Notes: generated from the sequence alone by a model not told the origin. Shown: positions 39,211 through 52,997, numbered from the stretch's first letter. The stretch: DNA of 64,000 bases from Eledone cirrhosa (GCA_964016885.1 OZ024750.1:49786001-49850000), one strand, 5' to 3'. Numbers and translations are program-made.

Positions 39211-39431
39211 ACTTAAAACTAAAACGGAATACTAACCAATACTTATTACTAATTTAGACTTATTCCTAATTAAACTATTTTTCACTGGGAATAATGTGTC
39301 AGCATTTTCTTTTCCTTTTACCAATATATCACAACTCGTGTGTTACACTTCTATTCTTTTAAATATATATATATAAATGTAAGTATGTATGTATATGTAC
39401 ATACATATATGTATACTTACGTACAGTAGCA

Positions 39432-39503
<72 letters not shown>

Positions 39504-39657
39504 CATACAGGTACACATATATATATGTACGTATCAGTTTAGCGAACGTTTATTATAACGCCCACTTTGTCCGTTTGTAAACAAGCGAACATCCTGATCT
39601 ATGCCACACGGTGTTAAGGCAACCATGTCACCTTTTTGTTCAACACTGACACAGGAA

Positions 39658-39694
39658 CGATGTACTAGTTTCAAGTTAGCTATCATCAGCACCG
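39658..39694 (-). ncRNA. minimal hammerhead (family A)
   Basis: Reverse complement reads CGGTG-CTGATGA-TAGCTAACTT-GAAA-CTA-GTA-CATCG; stem II is shortened. Confidence 0.7.
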
Positions 39695-39945
39695 TATACC
39701 CTTCTGCCAGATAGTTGAACGTTCGAAAGTATATACTTTCCTTATGAAAATTAACGGCTGAGCAGCCTAATTTGCATATCGAGTGAGTTCAGTCGGCCAG
39801 GCGTACCGAAAGCGATAAGTTGTAATATAATGAAACGAAATTTCATTTCTCACTCTTAGTACGGCACTTACTTAAATGTAAGTATGTATGTATACGTACA
39901 TACATATATGTATACAGACGTTCAACTATCTGGCAGAAGTGTGTA

Positions 39946-39986
39946 CGGTGCTGCTGATAGCTAACAAGCTTGAAACTAGTACATCG
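39946..39986 (+). ncRNA. family A hammerhead with core mutation (A6C)
   Basis: CGGTG-CTGCTGA-TAGCTAACAAGCTT-GAAA-CTA-GTA-CATCG. Confidence 0.55.
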
Positions 39987-40129
39987 TTCCTGTGTCAGTG
40001 TTGAACAAAAAGGTGACGTGGTTGCCTTAACACCGTATGGCATAAATCAGGCTGTCCGCTTGTTTACAGGCGTTATAATAAACGTTCGCTAAACTGATAC
40101 GTACATATATATATATGTGTACCAGTAAG

Positions 40130-40167
<38 letters not shown>

Positions 40168-40873
40168 TGCTACTGTACGTCTGTATACATATATGTATGT
40201 ACGTATACATACATACATACATACATACATTTAAGTAAGTGCCGTGCTAAGAGTGAGAAATGAAATTTCGTTTCATTATATTACAACTTATATATATATA
40301 TATATATCTGTGTGTGTGTGTTTGGGAGCGAGTCTGTATCTGTGGCTCTCTATACGGAGACGTCTGTGTATGTGCGTGTGCGTGCCTATGTAAATGTCTG
40401 TATGTGTTTGTGTATATGAGCAGATATACGCGTACGCATGTGTGTGTCCATGTATGCGTGTGCGTGTCTGTGTGTTCGCGCGTGTGTGTGCGTGTGAGAG
40501 CTGATGAGCGCGTGCATGTAGGCAGGCGTCTTAGGACGCGTATGTTGTTAGTTATATGGTTGTGTGCGTGCGTGTATGTATGTGAGTCTGTGTATGTAGG
40601 GACATCTCCCCAACTATATAAACCTCAATCTAGTTCGAAAAATATAAAAACAATCTCTCCTCAACATATATATATATTAATAACCTTAAATTACCACACT
40701 TATAATGGAAAGATATGCTGATGAAAATAGGTGCGTATATGCTATAATGAATGTGTCTAAAAGCGACCATATGTATGTATATATATATATGTGAAAATGT
40801 ATATAAATAAGTAAAAATATATATATATGTTTGATGTGTATAGTTAGATGTAAGTGTATTCATGTATTAAAGT

Positions 40874-40912
<39 letters not shown>

Positions 40913-41445
40913 GACTGGAGTATGTATGTATATATGTGTGTGTCTATACGTGTGTATATAAAGATAAGTTGAGTATGGAAATGTATACACATGAATGCGT
41001 ATGTATTTACATGCATATATGTATATATATGTATATATATATATATATATATATGCGCATGTGTATATGTATGTAAGTATGAGCATATAAATATGTGTAT
41101 GTGAGTATATGTATTTTGTAGACGTGTGCATATATGTTTGTGTGTGAATGCGTGGGCGAAAGGATACGTACACTTGAAAGAAAAATTTAAGTCTGAATGT
41201 TAATTAAGTGCAAACACAAAACCAACCATGCATATTTATACTATCTCTAATCCTTCTATAGATTTAGAAAAATAACCAATAATATATTCTATAAAAATGT
41301 CAAAACAACAGATGGGAATTTAATTACTCATTGCCACCAAAAATGCTCACTGCTATCAAAAAACCACTCCCTCAACTATTCTTCTAACAACTTCACCCCT
41401 CCCTCCTAATATTCTCTATAAAAACCAAACAGGTCCTCAGTAAAA

Positions 41446-41566
41446 TTATTCTGATGAAATGACGGTTGATAATAACATTGAAATATTGAATGTCTGCATA
41501 ACTAATACTTTGTAGATAGCAGCTGTTTTCAGGTAATGTAAATGTTATTGAAACACGTGTCAATAA
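41446..41566 (+). ncRNA. hammerhead with ~90-nt stem II domain
   Basis: TTATT-CTGATGA-AATGAC..GTTATT-GAAA-CACGTG-TC-AATAA; GUC triplet and CACGTG palindrome. Confidence 0.8.
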
Positions 41567-41671
41567 ATTCCTTTTAACTAAACTGTATCCATTTAAATCC
41601 TTCTCTCTCTCTATATATATATATGGAGAAGAAGTTTATGAAATGGAAATGCGGGTATACAGAATTTATTG

Positions 41672-41786
41672 GGTAACAATTGTTTCAATAGTGTATGGGT
41701 TACCTATACCTCGCTATTTGAATAATATAAAAATATTATCATAAACCGAAGGTACACTGTAAGCAAACACACCATGTCGTCAGACC
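41672..41786 (-). ncRNA. hammerhead with ~90-nt stem II domain
   Basis: Reverse complement reads GGT-CTGACGA-C ATGGTGTGT..ATACACTAT T-GAAA-CAATT-GTT-ACC, then AATAAA. Confidence 0.75.
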
Positions 41787-42699
41787 TTGGTATTGGAATG
41801 ATATGAACATATTTTATACACTAGATAAAAGATAAAGAAGGAGGTAGGAAGAGAAGGGTAAGAGGGAAGTGAGTAAGGTGGAGGGAGTCTTAGGATTTAA
41901 GACTGTCAGACTAGTAGAGATTGTAAGGAGAGGTTGTTTTGGCAGCAGTTAGTTTAATGAGGCGTGTTAGGGTTGGCGTGGGAAGTAAATTCTTCTAGTG
42001 GTGTTGTTCGGACAAAATTTAGTTAAAGGAGTCAAAGTGGTACAGAGTTACAGACAAGTTATTGGGGCTATTATAGTAGCAGGTTATTTCTAAAGGGGTC
42101 CAGAAAACAGTGTTTAGTACTATTATTATAGAAAGCCATATCTTGTGTATAAACATATAAAACAGAAATTTGCAAACGGTGGTGTAAAAAGGTAACATTA
42201 TATGCATTTAAATATATATATTTGAATATATGTATATATGTGTATGTATGTGTGTTATGTATGTATATTTGTGTGTATGTGTATGTGTGTGCGTATATGT
42301 GTTTATGTGCGTGCGATTGGACTTGTGAAATAACAAACCACCATGAATTAATTGAAGTGTGTCAGCCAGAGGGTAGCAGATGGACAGCCTGATTGCGACT
42401 ATTGGCCAGAATTTATGATGACGTAGAAAAACAACAGCCAACAGCAGGACAAGCGAGGAAGATGCTTTTTTGACGCTAACACCCCAGTGAGAAATGTTGA
42501 CCCGGAATTATTGCCAGTGTCCGAAGAACCTGCAGTTTCCAGAATCAGACAGTTCGATACAATGATCGTCACAGATGAATCACTGATTGTTCGTTCTATA
42601 TTATATCACACTCTGCTCTGAAAGAATATAGAGTGCTCAACCAGAATACCGCCTATGGAAGCATCATAGCTACCATCAAACACACACACACACACACAT

Positions 42700-42765
<66 letters not shown>

Positions 42766-43693
42766 ACACACAGATAGATAGATAGATAGATATAGATATA
42801 TACACACACGGTGGTGGAGTAGATCTAAAGTTATTGGTTACCAGGAAACAAAGGAGACCCACAAATAAAATGCTATCATTTCATTTTTATAAGGAATAAA
42901 TAATATTTCCAAAATATACTTAAGAGGAAGCCCAAAACGTGCAATCAAAACTTTTGCGGATAAAAAATTGTATATTGTTTGCTAATTATAGTGTACGTAT
43001 ACTTTACATATTATTGGCAGTATACGGTCATACCTACTGACATTACAGAATGTTATAATTGAATTTTTAAATAATTGTGAATGTATGCTGTTATTTTGAA
43101 ATTGTTTATCTAAACCGTGAATAAAGTCCTATAAATCTATAAATCAATTTCAATATGTTTAATGAAGGCTTTTTACTGTCAAAGAGATATCTAAGGTTTC
43201 AAATGAAAATTACGCGAATGCAGTCAATACCTCATTCGTTTGATTTCTCTTTATAAAAGACATTTATTTCAAACAACTTGTACATACCATATTGTTGTTT
43301 TTTTAATTTATTAAATATGCCAATAATTCTATCACCACCAGTTCGATGGCTCCAGTCCAAAATAAAGGATACATTTACATGGTTTTGATTTCTTCTACTT
43401 ATAATATTTTAAATTCTTCTGATATTCGTTTTCCCTACGCTTGCCATTGCTGTTTTTATAAAGCCCTTCTAAATTTTCAAAATTGCGATAAAATATAAAT
43501 GTTACAATTGTTTTAATTTTTTTTAATAATTCAAGCATATTTTTTTAAATAGTTTACTTGTACTGCACACTTTGCCTTTTAACAGATAGTCCAAAAGTTC
43601 TATAGTATATTACAAGCAGTCCAGCTGCAATACTACTGCGGACCCGGAAGTGGTCTCTATCCATCAGGCAACCTGACAACCAAGCCAATCCAA

Positions 43694-43795
<102 letters not shown>

Positions 43796-43982
43796 GTTAT
43801 ATAGTAAGGTGTATTATTGGTTGTGTTATACGGTCCAATAAACTTTTGTTAGCAATATTAAGTTCTCCGCGCTTTTGCATATCTCCAATTCCATTGATGG
43901 GAACAGCTAGATGATGTAAAACGGAGTATTTGTATCAAAATAAAGATCCGAGCGCATGGTATATACTTCCAATCATTTTAAT

Positions 43983-44045
43983 AACGACACATGTTTCAAT
44001 AAGTGATAGATCGATCGATCAATTATCACTGATTCCGTCAGGTGA
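43983..44045 (-). ncRNA. degenerate hammerhead (inverted arm)
   Basis: Reverse complement reads TCAC-CTGACGG-AATCAGTGATA..TATCACTTATT-GAAA-CATGT-GTC-GTTA. Confidence 0.55.
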
Positions 44046-44160
44046 AAATGAATTGTCTTCAACTCCTTGATATAAGGGAGACAATTTAACGATGTTCACT
44101 CACTAGAGTTTTGTCATCCAATTTTCTCCCTCATATCAAGGATGTGAAGACAATTCATTT

Positions 44161-44234
44161 TCACCTGACGAGGTCTGTGATAATCGATCATGGTCGCACG
44201 ATCGATTTATCTCTCATTGAAACATGTGTCGTGA
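44161..44234 (+). ncRNA. hammerhead
   Basis: TCAC-CTGACGA-..GATAATCGATC/GATCGATTTATC..-GAAA-CATGT-GTC-GTGA. Confidence 0.7.
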
Positions 44235-44278
44235 TTAGAATGATTGGAAGTTTATACCATGCCTTCGGATCTTTATTT

Positions 44279-44325
<47 letters not shown>

Positions 44326-44974
44326 AAATAATACGATGTCAATTTTCGCAACAAAAACAACCTGCTCTATAGAATTGATTTAGAGAACAACAAGATGTAG
44401 TGTTATAACATGGTTCATCAATTATCCAATGTTGAACCATCGTGGATTGTGTAAGGGACATATAATCTATAAATTACGTTTCCTGGATTGTGAAAATGGT
44501 GGTGTATGCGAGGATCGTGGCGTTGTTTTGCTTCTCGCTTTTAATACTTTTAATATTTTTGACATTTCTCTACACACAGGCTTCTATATCATACATATAT
44601 ATATAAAAAAATACTTTACCAATACAACCCCCATAATACTCTTGATTGCCCGCTTAAACTGCTTGTATTATATGTAACACCCTGTCGCACTATAATCTTA
44701 TATAAATAAGACACACGTGCATGCCCCACGTGTAACTATTGCATACACTAACTACTTCAAACTATCCTTTTGATTTGTCTTTGTAAACTGCCAATGTTAT
44801 ATTTTAACTTTAATTTTGTCCTTTAATATAACTTTAATCTTTGTATGTAAATTGTCATGCTGTATTGTTATTGTTATAATGGATGTCAACCCACTGGGCA
44901 TCAATATATACATATGTTTCTATATGTCTCTTGTGTTGGAAAGGGGGTCAAGTATGTAAGAAAACATTGAAATA

Positions 44975-45020
44975 TTGCTCCGAAGATACCAACCTCGGTT
45001 TAAGAAACAATTGTAAGCAA
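44975..45020 (+). ncRNA. hammerhead, U4C variant
   Basis: TTGCT-CCGAAGA-T ACC AACCTC GGT TTAA-GAAA-CAATT-GTA-AGCAA, overlapping AATAAA. Confidence 0.55.
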
Positions 45021-45884
45021 ATAAATGGTTTAAACAGAACTTTGATTCATGTAATTTCTATATAACTGCTCTGTAGAACACCTGATGTTGTTACATTGAG
45101 CTATTTATCTTACTGGTAATAAGGTACTCATAACTGACTGTCTTTCACTATTTAGGGTTTAAATATATATAACTATAAAAGGTTTTAGTATATACATAAC
45201 CATAAATAGTATCCTTAATACTATATATATATATTAATTTGTATATCATAAATGCAACAACACAGCACGCCATTTTTTTTATTTATATATATATATATAC
45301 ATATGGAGAGAAACAGAGAGAGATACAATTACAGTCTCAGTGTGTGTATACATAATTATTCTATTGGTGAATATATACATTATTATACACGCGTGTGGCC
45401 GTCTGTTCTCCTATAAATGGGTTTTGTGTTTATTGTTTACATCAGTATTTCCCCATGTGTCCATATGTGTGTACATATATATGTGTATACCATTAGCTAT
45501 TCTACCTCAAATGAATTCACTTACAGCTAATGATTATGCTGCGGAGAATAGCTTCAATTATGAAAAGCAAGAGTTTACTTGAGAAGTATTCACGAGAGAT
45601 CAATATTAGCCAATTTCTTTAGTGGATATTGTTATCTAAATCTGTTAATCCTTCTCTCAGGGTATTTATTTGGTTTTTAAACCATCGATTTCCTTTTAAA
45701 TATGAGCTCATCGTTATATTTACACAAATATTCATATCACGATCTGCAAATTACAGCAACTGTTTCATTAACAGTTATCTAAGTATCATCATATATAATC
45801 TGTTAATCCGTCCCGTTTTTTGCTCAGAAAATTCAATTTGAGGATATTGTATGGAAAGTTTTAATGACGAATTACCATGCAGAG

Positions 45885-46015
45885 ATTTGGTAGAGGTGTT
45901 AGAACGTCAGCTATAATGTTTTGCGGTATGTTTCGCCTTTTGTTCTGTGAGTTCGAATCCCACCGAGGTCAACTTTGCCTTTCATACATTCAGGGTCGGT
46001 AAAATCTCCCAGTCA
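45885..46015 (+). mobile_element. diverged S1-type SINE
   Basis: B-box GAGTTCGAATCC followed by CACCGAGGTCAACTTTGCCTTTCAT. Confidence 0.7.
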
Positions 46016-46278
46016 ACTTTATATCTCTTTCTCACATCCATTCCGTCACTCTCTATCTGTCTCTAGAAGAAATTTGCTGCATTAAATCAAGAGAGGAGAT
46101 GGGTTCTTCCAGGATTTAAAATGCTCTAGAAACACTGTATATCAATATGGCGTCCCTATGGTTCCGTCAGGATATACGAGACTATGCATGCAAGCAGTGT
46201 CAAACTTAATTTTCTTGAATCCAGGTGGCGAGCGTTCTTTATTTGCTATATTTTAATTGAAAAGTAATGATCAGAAAA

Positions 46279-46470
46279 TAATTGTTTCTAATTTTGGCAC
46301 AAGGCCAGCAATTATCCCAGTGTATTATTGGTACTTTTATTTTATAGACCCCGTAAGGATGGAAGGCTTATTTAACCTCGGCGGGATTTCAACTCAGACC
46401 ATACTGGGAAGTAACTCTATTCTGCAAACCATGGTCTCCGACCCTCTACCAATATTGCCAATCCACCGCC
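46279..46470 (-). mobile_element. S1 SINE
   Basis: Full-length copy, moderately diverged from 1-189. Confidence 0.85.
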
Positions 46471-46879
46471 TTGATTAGAAAATAGTAAATACTAAAATCG
46501 CAATTATCCTCGGTGGTCGTTAGATCTCCGATCTATGAAATAATGCAGATTATTATAGTACCAGGTTGCCAGTGAGAATTTGTAATGTATCTTCATAATT
46601 AATTGTTTCTACTTCGGCACAAGGCCAGCAACCAACACTATTGGAGTAGAATCTTAGATTTAATAAATATACACCAATAATGGCAATAAAGAGAAAACTA
46701 GAAATAGATAACCTTCAGATTCAAAGATGAACTGTGGGGATGTATAATTAGCTGGTAAAAGAAATAATTATCTTATGTTGTTTATTACATAACTATTAAG
46801 CTCCGTACCCTACATAGAGCACTCTTTTTTCCTGGACCTTTCCGACGGAATTACTTCATTCACACACACACACACACAT

Positions 46880-46931
<52 letters not shown>

Positions 46932-46933
<2 letters not shown>

Positions 46934-47140
46934 TTTCTGAATTTGTTTAGCAAGATTCTTTATCTGAAAGCGTGTGTTGAAACCTATATTGTTATACTTT
47001 GGGAGGGTCATGTGGCGAATAAGAAACACACGTACCGGATGCTTTCACTCCAATTTATTATAAATTAACTTTATAATAAATTGGATTGAAAGCATCTGGT
47101 GCGTGTGTTTCTTATTGGCAACATGACCCTCCCAAGGTAT

Positions 47141-47147
<7 letters not shown>
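46932..47147. mobile_element. short foldback with one-sided tail in (TA)n
   Basis: Arms at about 46985-47064 and 47070-47147, an extension at 46932-46984, and TA runs on both sides. Confidence 0.75.
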
Positions 47148-47561
<414 letters not shown>

Positions 47562-47659
47562 GAAAAATGGAACGGGAACAAAACAGAGGGGCAGTACGAA
47601 CAAAGGTTTATTAGTTTCACGCTCTTGAGAATGGTGAGTGGTGGAGTATATATAAATAT

Positions 47660-48316
47660 GGGTCAACAAGTTATCGTTATAGGTAATCCAGTTAGAGGTT
47701 GTGAGTACTCAGCGTCGTGGTTAGTTTTAACGTACGGTTTTGTTTGACTCAACAAGATGTTTCCAAAGTTCGGCAGCGAGTTCGCCGTAATTACTATGTA
47801 GGTTATACTTGGAGTAATAATAGTGACATAGTGAAGAGTAACATGTTGGCTGTACAACAAGGGGATTTATTTCAGGTATTGATAATTGTTTCATTGATCA
47901 GGTGAGTCTAGATGCCGCTAATCGCTCGAAGTTGCGTCACTCGATCTCCATTACATTATTTACCTCTGATCAACATATCAGAATACAAAAATAATTCACA
48001 CAAGGCAAGATATATATAGAGATATAGCGTATAATCAAAACAGTAACATAAATAATAAAATAAATATGATAAATAGGTGGAGAAGTTACAGATGTAAAAA
48101 AGTAAAAAGTAAAAGATAAGAAAAGAGATACAGTAAAAAAGTAAGAAAATGGAAAAACAGTACAAATATAATAAAATATACTAGAGATCGAAGGATGCAA
48201 CTTCGAGCGATCTGCGGCATCTAGACTCACCTGATCAATGAAACAATTGTTAATACCTGAAATAAAGACCCTTGTTGTACAGCCAACCATGTTACTCTTC
48301 ATTATTTCACTATATA
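47660..48316. mobile_element. PLE-derived foldback related to 5874-6748
   Basis: Tail 47660-47820 is homologous to 5874-6044; arms at about 47821-47948 and 48184-48316. Confidence 0.7.
47876..47986 (-). ncRNA. degenerate hammerhead with long stem II
   Basis: Reverse complement reads GTATT-CTGATAT-GTTGATCAG..CTGATCAAT-GAAA-CAATT-ATC-AATAC; the core G appears lost. Confidence 0.5.
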
Positions 48317-48420
48317 CGCCGAGGTTAACTTTGTCTTTCATCCTTACGGGGTCGATAAAATAAAGTACCAGTAATGCTCTGGGTAATTGCTGGCCTTGTG
48401 CCAAAAGTGGAAACAATTAT
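48317..48420 (+). mobile_element. 5'-truncated S1 SINE with 16-bp TSD
   Basis: ATTATTTCACTATATA occurs at 48301 and 48416. Confidence 0.85.
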
Positions 48421-48452
48421 TTCACTATATATATATATATTCCTTGGCCTGG

Positions 48453-48845
48453 CACTTGAACTAAAACCTGTTGAGAAAGTGACGTCCTCGTTCAATCATC
48501 TTACCAAAACCTTAACATTATTTGTCTCAGCGGTCATTACTTGATTTAGGAGTCGCAGAAACCCAAATGCTGGATTTTACCAACCATCCAGGGGTCCGGG
48601 TAAATTTTTCAATCACATTTTTTTATTTGTTTGACCCGAATTACTTGATCGTTTCTATGGCTGTGCGGATAATGGTTTAACCATCGTCTCAGTGTGTTTG
48701 GCCTTTTAACGTATGTTGTAGCTCTGGTTCGTTAGAATGTATTGAGCGCTTGCCACACATCTCGGAAATTGTTTTTCGCTATTTTCCAATAGCCGAAATA
48801 CGCTTTTCGCTAATTTATATTTATATTAATCTCCAGAGTCTAGCT
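48453..48845 (+). repeat. family D repeat
   Basis: ACTTGATTTAGGAGTCGCAGAAACCCAAATGCTGGATTTTAC is shared with 54925 and 55520. Confidence 0.8.
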
Positions 48846-48913
48846 TTACCACAACATTTTGATTAAGCTATCTGTATTCTTCATACCACACTCTCCAACT
48901 TCTCCAACCCCTA

Positions 48914-48991
<78 letters not shown>

Positions 48992-49121
48992 TCTCTCTCT
49001 CTCTCCCTCTCTCTCTCTCTCTTCCTCTCTCTATCTCCCTTTCTTTCTCTCTTCCTTTCTACTCTATCTTCTCCAATAACTTACTTTAAGAAATACAAGG
49101 ATATTTACATTTTAGCCATTT

Positions 49122-49251
49122 TGCTCTGAGGAATGAGGAAATGGTAGTCGCAGCATTTGAAAATTGAGTTTCTGCAATCAAATAATTATTAATTATCAAT
49201 TGCACATAGCATGACTAGGCTGTATAACTACCGTTGAAACATTTGTAAGCA
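49122..49251 (+). ncRNA. hammerhead with ~100-nt stem II domain
   Basis: TGCT-CTGAGGA-(ATGAGGA duplication)-AATGGTAGT..ACTACCGTT-GAAA-CATTT-GTA-AGCA..AATAAA; homologue of 24350. Confidence 0.7.
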
Positions 49252-49299
49252 CTCGGAATAAATTACCTTTTTATGATGAACTACCTGTTATTATTCATT

Positions 49300-49361
<62 letters not shown>

Positions 49362-49552
49362 TTGGGTTTGTTGGTTCACCACTGGATGGAACTGGTCATT
49401 CTGTGAGGTCAACCACCATGTAATGTTATGGAAAGCACTCAACGTAATGCAACCACCCGTCGCCGTTTGTGAATTCGATGGTGCGAGTACGGAGTTAATT
49501 ATTACAAAATAACAGGAGGCATGTTCTGGTGTGCATCCTTGAAAGGTTTATT

Positions 49553-49610
49553 ATACTATGATCATTTCAATGACCGGGTTCAATATGAATCCGGTGACAT
49601 CATCGGGTAA
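49553..49610 (-). ncRNA. hammerhead (homologue of 58825), U4C
   Basis: Reverse complement reads TTAC-CCGATGA-TGTCACCGG..CCGGTCATT-GAAA-TGATCA-TA-GTAT-AATAAA. Confidence 0.6.
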
Positions 49611-49708
49611 TTCAAAATATAAAGAAGGCATGTAGCACATAAAAATCCATGGTGTTTACATCAGAGAGGGAGGCCGGTACTTTAGCTGCTACTAGCTGCG
49701 TCAACGCC

Positions 49709-50028
<320 letters not shown>

Positions 50029-50047
50029 TATATATGAAATATATTGG

Positions 50048-50165
50048 AAGGCGTGTGGCTGAGTGGTTAGAGAATTGGATTCGCAATCGTGAGCTTGTGA
50101 GTTCAATTCCTGGACCGGGCGATGCGTTATGTCCTTGAGCAAGACATTTTATTTCACGTTGCTCC
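50048..50165 (+). mobile_element. tRNA-derived CORE-type SINE head
   Basis: A-box TGGCTGAGTGG, B-box GAGTTCAATTCC, and CORE-like TGTCCTTGAGCAAGACA. Confidence 0.75.
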
Positions 50166-50274
50166 TTCTACCTGGAGTTGCGACCGATAGATAGTATTAG
50201 CAATTGGAAAGACCAACGGAAACATTGTTTCCTGGGTCCGATTTGATGAAAGTCGATCATTCCTATATATATGA

Positions 50275-50640
50275 AATAATAATAATTATTTCTTTATTAA
50301 CCACAAAGGTTTACATAAAGTAGACATTAAGGACAGTTCAGGACAATACAGGACGGTAAATGGGCATTTCTGCGTGTCAAAAACAGAAACAGAGGATGTA
50401 ACAAAAAAATAACAATGATAAATTCCCCAATAGGGGGGAGAGCTTTCTTTATTAACCACAAGGGTTTACACAAATTAATACATTAAGGACAATACAGGAC
50501 GGTACAAATGGGCATTTCTGCGTCTAAATAGAAACAAAAACAGAAGACGTAACAAAAGAACAAAAACAATGTGAAATTACCCAATAGAAGGGAGACTTCC
50601 GAGGAACATTCGTGTAGAAAGACCATTAAAAAAGCCACGG
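50275..50640 (-). repeat. tandemly duplicated retroelement-like 3' end
   Basis: About 50289-50440 is repeated at about 50444-50595; the minus strand ends TTGTGGTTAATAAAGAAATAATTATT. Confidence 0.6.
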
Positions 50641-52625
50641 TGCCACAGTTCTGGTAATGAAAGACCGAATCAAGGGTAATGATGTTACCAACTATAGATC
50701 TATCACATGTCTGTCCGTAATGTGGAAACTGTTAACAAGCAAAGTATCTGAGGAAATCTACCATCACCTCCACATAAACAACTTATTATCGGACGAAAAG
50801 AAAGGATGCCGAAAGAAGTCCCGCGGTACAAAATACCAGTTACTTATTGATAAGATGGTAATGAGGAATTGCAAGAGGAGGCACACTGGTCTTGCCATAG
50901 GATGGATAGAATACAAAAAGGCATTCGACATGGTGCCTCATTCTTGGATAACCAAAAGCCTAGAGATCTTCAAGGTGGCAGATAACATCAGACAGTTGTT
51001 GAGCACAAGTATGAAGACCTGGGAAACAGAGTTAACATCGGGTGGAGAATCCATGGGAGGCGTGAAGATCAAGAGAGGTATCTTCCATGGAGATAGTTTG
51101 TCCCCTCAGCTGTTTGTCATTGCCCTGATACGCCTGTCCGTTATATTGCGAAAAGTGAGAGCAGGATTCAAGTTGGAGAGATGTATGGAATTTGGTATTA
51201 ATAAGTGTGGAGTCGTAGTGATGAAGAAGGGTAAATTGAGCAGGAGCAACGGAATCCAGGTACCAACAGGTGAGATGATAAAGGAAATTGACACTGAGGA
51301 TGGATACAAATAAGTAGGTGTTGTGTAGGCAGATGACATTAAGAACAAAACAAATGAAAGAATAGTAAGATCTCAGTACATAAGGAGGGTAAGGAACGTA
51401 TTAAAATCACATCTAAATAGTAGGAATGTCATAAGTGCAATAAATTCCCCTGCGTACATTGCGGTCATTCTGAAATGGAATGTTGCTGAACAAAACGAAA
51501 TGGATAGGAAGACTAGCAAGCTAATGACTATCTACAATATCTTCCACAAGACTAGTGATGTCGATAGACTCTACTTAAAAAGATCAGAAGATGGAAGATG
51601 GCTTATCAGCATAGAGGAATGTGTTCAGATGGAGAAAAAACAACCTTAACAAATATGTGACTGACAGTAGAGAGCCAATTCTCAGCATTGTACTGAAGGG
51701 GAAGACAGTAGACCAGGGAATGTCCAGGGAGGAAATAACAACGAGGAGGAAGAGCAGCCTTCATGAAAATTCCCTTCATAACACCTTCTTTCAGAAAACG
51801 GAATTTAGAGATCCGCAGACATGGAACTGGTTAAAAAGAGGAGACCTTAAATAAGTTATAGAAGGAGTACTAATGGCTGCGCACGAGTATGCCCTCAGAA
51901 CGAAGTGGGTGAAACACTATATTTACAAGGAAGAGGCTAGCCCATTGTGCAGGATCTGTGGAGAGAGAGAGGAGACTGTGGCTCACATTGTATCCGAGTG
52001 TAAACACCTAGCCCAGACTCACTATAAGGGCTGGAGACATGATGTGATGGACAGGGTGATCCACTGGCACCTATGCTAAGTAAACAATTTACCACATTCT
52101 GAGAAGTGGTATGAGCATAAGCCAGAGTCGTTGATAGAAAACGATCAGGTGAAGGTACTGTGGGATTTTAGGATACAGACGGACAAGAAACTGAAACACA
52201 ATAGACCTGACCTTGTGTTTTTTGAAAAGGAAAAAAGATAGTGCCTGATTGTGGATGTGGCCTGCCCATTCGACACGAGAGTGCAAGAGAAGGAGAGGGA
52301 GAAAATTAACCGATACCAGGACATAAAATAGGAGGTAAAAAGGATTTGGAACTGCCATGAAGTAAAAGTGATCCCGATTGTCATAGGCGCACTAGGTACT
52401 ATCTCAAAAGGTTTCCAGGGATGGTTAAAGAAAATTGGCCCCGCCCCGCTTTTTGGAACACTTCAAAAGGCATGCTTGCTGGGAACAGCAAGAACAATCC
52501 GATACGTCCTGAATATCTGAGGCTGCAGGTAGTGGCTTGATATTCATTTCCACAAAATTTCCAGTTAACTAACATCAATGAATGAGATCAAAGAATAATA
52601 ATAATGATAATAATAATAATAATAA
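50641..52625 (+). mobile_element. 5'-truncated, decayed R4/Dong-type LINE (RT + CCHC + REL endonuclease)
   Basis: RT motifs YRSITCL, KKAFDMVPHSW and IFHGDSLSP; CRICGEREETVAHIVSEC knuckle; RHD and RPDLV..DVACPFD endonuclease motifs; stop at 52518-52520; (TAA)n tail. Many internal stops, and the catalytic DD motif is deleted near 51180. Confidence 0.9.
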
Positions 52626-52959
52626 AAGGATACTTTGTTAAGTCTTCGTTTCTGAAGCGCGTTTCGCTATTGATCAGCTCAACGTTCGATCTGTATCGAT
52701 CCGGCTAGACTCTGGAATCAAAAGCTGTGATTTCAGAGTCGGACAAGATTTATTATGTTAAATCGAGTCAGGCAAACCATATTGTTTTAAATTAGTATGT
52801 TTCAACGTATCTACTTGGTCATTTTCAATTGGAAAACATGTATACTTATATCTGTGTTCATCCGTCTCATATATCCAATTATATTACACAGCTCGGATAG
52901 ATTCCCTTCCTTGAGCAATTTAATTGTAAAAGACTATTTTAAGTGTTTAACTCAATCTA

Positions 52960-52997
<38 letters not shown>

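Larger units (their letters stand above)
38983..39360. mobile_element. foldback family E with variant hammerhead-like motif
   Basis: Arms at about 38983-39130 and 39168-39318; another copy at 63795-64000. Confidence 0.75.
39370..40292. mobile_element. family A foldback (inverted arrangement of the 231-nt HHR unit)
   Basis: 39530-39820 is the reverse complement of family A and 39918-40292 is the forward copy; an extra inverted 3' end lies at 39817-39920. Confidence 0.8.
43933..44283. mobile_element. PLE-derived foldback with HHR in both arms
   Basis: Diverged arms at about 43933-44086 and 44119-44283, ending at (TA)n; probable tail at 43793-43932. Confidence 0.75.

Noticed and set aside
40718-40800. 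CTGATGA hit (similar isolated hits at 35453, 55270 and 59880)
   Set aside because: The second half of the ribozyme was not found.
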